A DNA stretch of 64,000 nt from NCBI GenBank assembly GCA_963785305.1, contig CAWAUV010000007.1, positions 1,248,001 through 1,312,000 of the forward strand, written 5' to 3'. A program made the position numbers and the translations under genes. Shown piece by piece: positions 58,104 to 64,000 of this stretch; the stretch's first letter is position 1, and every line of letters starts with the position of its first letter. The notes under the pieces were generated by a model. The model was not told where the DNA came from. It saw only the letters and a program-made list of their open reading frames with translations, and made no database searches. Origin of the DNA: an uncultured Planctomycetaceae bacterium (GTDB lineage Bacteria > Planctomycetota > Planctomycetia > Pirellulales > PALSA-1355).

Positions 58104-58721
58104 TCAAGCCAAGGGAGGCTTCGCATCGCCCGCATGCAGATGCAACTCCGCGGAGTCGCTTTCTTTAAGCACAGCTTGGGCCTTGTTCAACTCCGGCAGA
58201 TCGCCGTGGGCAATCAAGAGCACCTTTCCGTCCTTGACGCATTTCTCGTAATGGTCGATATGCTCGTCGCGAACGCCGATGCCCGCCAACGCGCCCAGGA
58301 AACCGCCCACGGCCGCGCCCGCGAGCAGGCCGCCTATCGGACCTGCGAGAAAGACGGTTCCCACTCCGGCCACCAGGGCGACCGCGATCCCGCCAAGGTA
58401 GCCAAGCACCCCTCCCAGGCCGCCGCAAAGGGCCGAGTCGTGCATCGATTCATCGCCCATTTTGAGGTCCGCGACCAACTCGGGGTCACTCTTCAGACGC
58501 GAGATCACTAGCGAAACCTGGCTCCGCGGAAAATTGGCGAGATGCAGCATGTGCATCGCGCCTTCCGCTTTTTCAATCGACTCGTAAACAGCGATCACGC
58601 ATGCGCCTAGCATTCGCTCCGCCAGGTGCATCAAATGTCCGTGCTTCGGATGATTCCCCGAGCCAATCGCGCGAACATCCAATATCTTGCCATGGCTCAT
58701 GTCATTCGTTTCAGCAGTCAT
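58104..58721 (-). CDS. General-stress/DUF1269-like glycine-zipper membrane protein
   Basis: AVYESIEKAE, GGLGGVLG..AGPIGG..GALAGIGV, YEKCVKDGKVLLIAHG. Confidence 0.72.
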   Translation of the reverse strand: MTAETNDMSHGKILDVRAIGSGNHPKHGHLMHLAERMLGACVIAVYESIEKAEGAMHMLHLANFPRSQVSLVISRLKSDPELVADLKMGDESMHDSALCGGLGGVLGYLGGIAVALVAGVGTVFLAGPIGGLLAGAAVGGFLGALAGIGVRDEHIDHYEKCVKDGKVLLIAHGDLPELNKAQAVLKESDSAELHLHAGDAKPPLA

Positions 58722-59060
58722 TATGAACTCCAGTCCCGTGGGCCAATTCCACGGTCAGCTTAGAATCGACACTCGAAGCCAGCTCGAAATCTTTGTTGCA
58801 AGCAGGCGCATATTCCGACGGGGCGAGCGCGGCGCTTCCCGTTCGATTCTACCTAGGAACAAAATGGTTCGCGAACTAGCGCGCGCGATTGCTTCGAACC
58901 CAAATGACGAGTGAACGGTGAGGTGGCCCCCCAAAAAAGAGCCTGCCGATGAAGTATAGGGGTCATCTCCCAGCGGGAGTAGGGTCAAAGAACCGGTTCA
59001 GCGCTCCGAACATCCGTCCGACAGCCCGCCACGAACGGCCGGATACGGCAATTGCTCGGT

Positions 59061-59264
59061 TCAAAACAAAACCCTAATTCCCCATGAGAACGCCACGAGA
59101 AACATCCAAAATCCGAGACCCGTGAAAAAGACCAAGTAGCCGTCGAAATCGATTTCGCTCGACCGACGAAACAGCCGGACAACGAGCCAACCCGGGCCGC
59201 GAATCAGAAGCTCGACGATGACAAGATCGCACGCTTCAATCAGCAACTCGACAACAGCATTCAT
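59061..59264 (-). CDS. Small hypothetical membrane protein
   Basis: 67 aa, hydrophobic, follows DUF2293 gene. Confidence 0.5.
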   Translation of the reverse strand: MNAVVELLIEACDLVIVELLIRGPGWLVVRLFRRSSEIDFDGYLVFFTGLGFWMFLVAFSWGIRVLF

Positions 59265-59290
59265 GAGCAGGCTCTCAACGATGCGCGGCT

Positions 59291-59963
59291 TCAGCCCCCG
59301 CCCATGGCCAGCGCTCTTTTCAGCGGGCATGATTCGGGAATCGTGGCGCCTCGCCGATAGCGCTCCAGCAATTCGTGCGAGCGTCGGGCCAGCAGGCGGC
59401 GGACTTCGCGGCGCTTTCCCTTGACTCGCGGAATCACCATGCCATCATAGCCGGTCGTCTGGTGTCGCATCCAGGCAATGACCGCGGCTTCGGCGCGCTG
59501 CGCGACCGGGATGCGTTTCGTGCGAGCAACAGTGCCCGAGCCAACCGGCGTCGCGTGTTCGGTCACCAGCTTGGCAAGCCGGGCGGCGAGATCGGCATGG
59601 GTCGCGTGGAAATCGAGGAAGGTCACGACCGCCCCCTGGAAGTCCTCGACATATTCGGCCTGGGCTTGCGCGGCGTCGGACATCGGCTTCTTTCTTCTTG
59701 GCGAAACTCGCGGTCGAACGCTCCGCTTCGAGTTCGGCGCGAATGCGCGCGATCGTGGCCGCCGAGGTCCAAATCCCGCGCGAGAAAACCCTGCGGCCTT
59801 TCTTCTCGGCGATCACCCAATGATCGCCCGCGGCTTTGGCCCGACGCGTCAGAGCGGCGTCGCCGGGCGGCAAAAGAATCCATCCCGCGGGCACGCTCAG
59901 CACTTTGCCATCGGCGCCGCGAACCGTGTTGGGCGAGGGGCCGGGCACGAAGACGATGGTCAC
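59291..59963 (-). CDS. DUF2293-like protein (frameshift near 59680)
   Basis: LLPPGDAALTRR, FSRGIW, ATPVGSGTVART, AVIAWMRHQTTGYD. Confidence 0.82.
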
Positions 59964-60526
59964 GCGCGAGCTCCATAATGCACCGCCAGCCACACGGTCG
60001 GTTCCGTGGGCGTGGTCCAATCGACGCGGTGCTTCCGGCGCGCCGCGATGTTCACTAAATCGCCAGGCCGCAGCTCCGCGGCGCCATCGTCGAATTCCAG
60101 CCTCGCCGCTCCCCGCAGCACAAGCACCCACTCGTCCCGCGGTTGGTCATACCAAAAGCTCTGGGGCGAGGCGTGGCCATGGGAGATGATGCGCTCGATG
60201 CGGACATCGGTGGCGGTGACCAGAATCTGGACCAGCTCGTGGGGCAACTGCCGCGGAAGATCAGCGAGCAAATTCCCGGCGTCCTCCCCTGCCCCATCGC
60301 CGCAAGGCTCCAATCGCTGAAAACGAGGCGTCGGCTGCCCGGCGATGGTCACCGACTCGATGAACATCGGCTTGGGACGCGCCCAGAGGCCGTGGTCGTC
60401 GTAATCTTGCCGGTAGACGACGAGCTCTTCGAGCGTCTCGCTATGACGGGCCACGCCGACGACGGTATATTCCTTGCCCTTGTAGTGACGATAGCGGCCG
60501 GGCCGGACCGAGGCGTTGTCGTTCAT
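59960..60526 (-). CDS. DUF1653 + cupin fusion
   Basis: GRYRHYKG..HSETLEELVVY..LWARP..PRF, then RIERIISHGH..WYDQ..EWV..HRVDWT. Confidence 0.82.
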   Translation of the reverse strand: MNDNASVRPGRYRHYKGKEYTVVGVARHSETLEELVVYRQDYDDHGLWARPKPMFIESVTIAGQPTPRFQRLEPCGDGAGEDAGNLLADLPRQLPHELVQILVTATDVRIERIISHGHASPQSFWYDQPRDEWVLVLRGAARLEFDDGAAELRPGDLVNIAARRKHRVDWTTPTEPTVWLAVHYGARA

Positions 60527-60542
60527 CGTTTCGTCTTCTGTT

Positions 60543-61037
60543 TCATGTTGCTTCGCCGCCGCGCGGCAGCGACTTCTTCGCCGACGAGGCGTTTCGGGCC
60601 ACGGCGGCTTTCACGAGCGCCTGAAACGCGCCCGCGTCGACCGTTTCGCCTTCGCGAATGTCGATCGCCCTGCGCGTGTTGCCTTCCAAGCCGGAATTGA
60701 AGAGACGCGACGGATCGGGGAGCGCGGCGCCGCGGGCGAATGTGAGCTTCACGACCTTCGCATAAGACTCGCCAGTGCAGACGATCCCGTCGTGCGACCA
60801 GACCGGCACGCCACGCCACTTCCACTGCTCGATCATCTCGGAGTCGGCTTCCAAGATCAACGCCCGCATTCGGGCCAGGGTCTCGCCGCGCCATCCGGCC
60901 AGCTCGCGGATCCGTCGATCGATGAGCCGCGCGGCGGATTCGCCAGCCGCTGGTAGTTGCGAAGGTTCGGCTTCAACGGCATTGGGCCCGGAGATTGGCT
61001 CTGCCTTGACGCTGGGTTTTGCGTTTTTTCGAGTCAT
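60543..61037 (-). CDS. DUF1801 (YdhG-like) protein
   Basis: WRGETLARMRALI, WKWRGVPVW, VKLTFARGA, FNSGLEGNTRRAID. Confidence 0.85.
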   Translation of the reverse strand: MTRKNAKPSVKAEPISGPNAVEAEPSQLPAAGESAARLIDRRIRELAGWRGETLARMRALILEADSEMIEQWKWRGVPVWSHDGIVCTGESYAKVVKLTFARGAALPDPSRLFNSGLEGNTRRAIDIREGETVDAGAFQALVKAAVARNASSAKKSLPRGGEAT

Positions 61038-61384
61038 CGTTCGTTGCCTTTGCTTCGCGTTTTCATGAATGCCGGGATGCAGCTCAGCGCCCGCGCGATC
61101 GCAAAGGATAGCAACTTCGTGCAAAAAAGTCTCCCGGGGCGGGCAATCACGGCGACGGCCTCCTGGGCCCCGAGGGCCAGTTTTTGTCAAACGGGTCGAA
61201 GGGCGCGCGAATCGATCGATCGCCGCCGGGACGGTCGACCGACAATCTCGGCCCGCGGTGGATTGATCGACCGTTTCTAGAATGTCATACTCGTCGCGCA
61301 CTCCGTTGTTCATTCGATCAGTTTTTTTTGGGCATCGACATTGATCCGACGCCCAGAGCTTTTAATGGAGGCCGAGCTTCAGCA

Positions 61385-63723
61385 ATGTCCAAAGCCGAAC
61401 AACATCGTTCCGACGATTCCGAGGCCCTGGAGTGGGTGGCCAGCGCCGTGGGAAATGCCGCGAAGTCGGCCATGTTTTGCGTCGCGGGCCGCATGCCCGG
61501 GGTCGATCCGGAAATCGAAATCGCGGAACTGGGCGCGGTGAAATTTCCGCTGAAACCCGGGGCGGCCAAAAAACTGATCGCTTGCTGCCAAACCGCGCCC
61601 TACGGCAAGGGTACGAAAACTTTGGTCGACACCAAGGTCCGAAAGACCTGGGAGCTATCTCCCAAGGCTTTTCGCTTGGGCGCCGCATGGAATTCGGCCG
61701 TGGCCGAGGTCACGCGCTCCATCGCCGAAAAACTTGGCCTGCCGGCGGATCGATTGACGCCTAAGCTGTACAAGCTACTGGTTTACGAAAAAGGAGGGTT
61801 CTTTCTTCCGCATCGCGACAGCGAGAAGCACGACCGGATGGTGGCGAGCTTAATTGTCGTGCTTCCCAACCATTTCGAGGGCGGCGCTCTCGTCGTGCGC
61901 CATGGCGGCGTCGAGCAAACGATGACTTTTCAGGAAGCCGCCGGTGGCCAGACGCCGTCGTATGCCGCTTTCTATGCGGACTGCGAACATGAAGTCCGGC
62001 GAGTTTTACGCGGACTTCGGCTCTGCTTGACCTATAATTTGGTTCTGGCCCCGAAGAGCAAGAACGCCTCGACGAGCGCAACACCGTCCGACGCGACCGA
62101 AAACCTGGCCCAATCGCTCGGAGCCTGGGTGGCCCAGCAACCGGACAAGCCCTTGGTCTTCGCCCTGGAGCATCACTACACGGAGCGCGGCTTGTCGCTC
62201 GATCTCTTGAAGGGCGCCGATCGCCGGCTTTCCGATCTGGTCGTGGCGGCGGCCTCGCGGGCGGATTGTCGGGTGTATTTATCGCAAGTCACACGTCACT
62301 TGTCGCAATGGGCCGACGATGGCAGTTTTGGCGATGGCTATTCGCGCTACGGGCGCCCAGCCGTGCGCCATGCGATCGAAATTGGCGAGACCTACGAAGA
62401 CGAACTGCTTGGCAGCGAATGGACCGATGTCGATGGAACCAAGCAGCCCTGGGGAGCGATTCCATTCGCCCCGGCGGCGATCGTCGCGTCGACACCCTTG
62501 GACGAATGGAAGCCGACCTCGGAAACATTCGAAGGCTACACCGGCAACGCTGGCAACACGCTCGATCGCTTGTATCAAAGATCGGCGCTCGCCGTTTGGC
62601 ATCGCGACCATCATTTCGAGATCGTCGCCAGTTGCGGCATACCCCACTGCATGCCCCTATTCGCGGCGATGATCGCGAAACTGGCAAAGACTCCCAAGGC
62701 CCGGCTCGAGGCGGCGCGAACCGATGCGATGCGCTTTGCGCGCGAATCATCGCCCGTTGGCCGACGGGATACAGTGCCTACAACGCGGTATCCGCTGATC
62801 AAAAAGCAAGCGACGCTCTTTTCGCCAAGAATCTGTTGGCGCTCCATGATCAGGACACGATCGCGATGTACTTGCGGAAACTGGCCGAGGTTGATCGTTT
62901 CATGGATATAAAAACGCTGGTCGTGGGGGCGTGCCGCGAGTTCGGCTCGGCTGCGTTCGCCAAGGAACTCGAGGAATTGATCGCCTCGCCGTCGTCTCCG
63001 CAGCGCGGCTTGGCTTTGCGAGACGCCAAATGGCTCATGGCGCTGAGCGGTGATCGGCGCGTCGATCCGAAGAAACCGGCGCTCGTCGGCAAGTTATGCA
63101 AATTGGCCGCGAATTGCTTCCGCGACAAGAACGAGATCGCCTCCCGGCGACACTACTATGAAAAGATTTCCGTCGCCGAAGCTTCGCTCGCGCCCCTACT
63201 CGAGGCACTCATCCACGGCGACGAGAAGCAGCTTCTATCGGAGGTGCTGCGCCATGTCGAGCAATCGCCCACAGTCTTTCACCTGAATGATTGCCAAGTC
63301 CCGGCCTTGAAATCGCTAATCGCTCGGTCGCGGCGACGATACGGCGCGGTCCCGCCGCCGCTCGCGGCTTGGCTGGCTTCGGTGCGATGGCGGCTCGAAC
63401 TGGCGACCCGCGCCGAGCCGACGCCGCCAGTTGATTGGACTCGGCCGGCCGAGTTCAAATGCAACTGCCGGCATTGCGGGCAGCTCCGCGCCTTTCTGGT
63501 CGACCCGACGAACGCAGTCGGACGGATCGCGGCCGCGGAAAGTTCTCGTGGGCATTTGATCGACACGATCGAACAAAACCGCTGTGACGTCAAACATGCT
63601 TTGGAACGCAAAGGCAGTCCGTATTCCCTGGTGCTTACCAAGACGAACCAAACGTTCGACCGCGCGCTCAAGCAATATCTAGTGGACTGCAAGCTCCTGA
63701 GCTCGCTGCCGGCCGATCCGTGA
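61385..63723 (+). CDS. 2OG-Fe(II) oxygenase domain protein with long C-terminal extension (frameshift near 62745)
   Basis: LYKLLVYEKGGFFLPHRDSEK, FYADCEHEV, RLCLTYNL; C-terminal CNCRHC and KGSPYSLVLTK. Confidence 0.85.
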
Positions 63724-63762
63724 TCGGCCAGCAGCGGATTGACCGGCGATCAGTCCCGGTTA

Positions 63763-63981
63763 TCAGCGTGACGGCGCGAGCCAACGCAGTTCGGATGCGA
63801 GGCTTTCCTCGCCCGGGCGGTCGCCGCGGTTGATCGCTTCGGCTCGCAACTGTTCCACTCGCGCGATCCGGCGATGGACGCGAACCACCAGCCGCAGGTC
63901 TGCCTGGCAGCGGCGGCAAGTCTCGCGCAATGGTTGCGACGCGCGGCACACCGGGCAACGGAACGCGGGTTCAGCGGACAT
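63763..63981 (-). CDS. Small Zn-ribbon hypothetical protein
   Basis: CPVC..CRRC. Confidence 0.55.
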   Translation of the reverse strand: MSAEPAFRCPVCRASQPLRETCRRCQADLRLVVRVHRRIARVEQLRAEAINRGDRPGEESLASELRWLAPSR

Positions 63982-64000
63982 AGAATAACAAGTCATCGAG

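Overview
GC-rich bacterial window, most likely Planctomycetota (Pirellulales-like, inferred from the sulfatase, BON/lipoprotein pair, class II RNR and TPR-rich secreted proteins). About 20 genes, including housekeeping ones, are split by single frameshifts, which is best explained by long-read indel errors. Layout: (1) 1-22.2 kb core-like genes (sulfatase, trxA, AcuI-like reductase, pentameric ligand-gated channel, msrB, ExbB, BON, large TlpA-like redoxin, thioesterase-plsC-cmk, TrmH, TauE, nrdJ with tandem NrdR boxes). (2) 22.5-41.4 kb accessory region ending at tRNA-Pro(GGG): IS630, two IS1380, MITE/REP copies, HEPN-like ORF, Na+/H+ antiporter, SUFU, disulfide oxidoreductase plus protoglobin, SDR. 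(3) 41.7-49.8 kb ALDH, a KS/KS-like/secreted-protein trio, TPR protein and M28 peptidase. (4) 49.9-58.7 kb hyp-rpiB-tal-UPF0182-HAD-ackA cluster. (5) 59-64 kb small DUF genes and a 2OG-Fe(II) oxygenase. Best leads are not in the ORF track: a riboswitch-like leader (promoter, then a structured hairpin that competes with an intrinsic terminator) upstream of the rpiB-tal cluster; a 59-aa basic microprotein behind a sigma-54 promoter with repeated palindromic sites; and a covarying RBS-sequestering hairpin shared by both IS1380 copies. All family calls come from motif recognition, not database searches.
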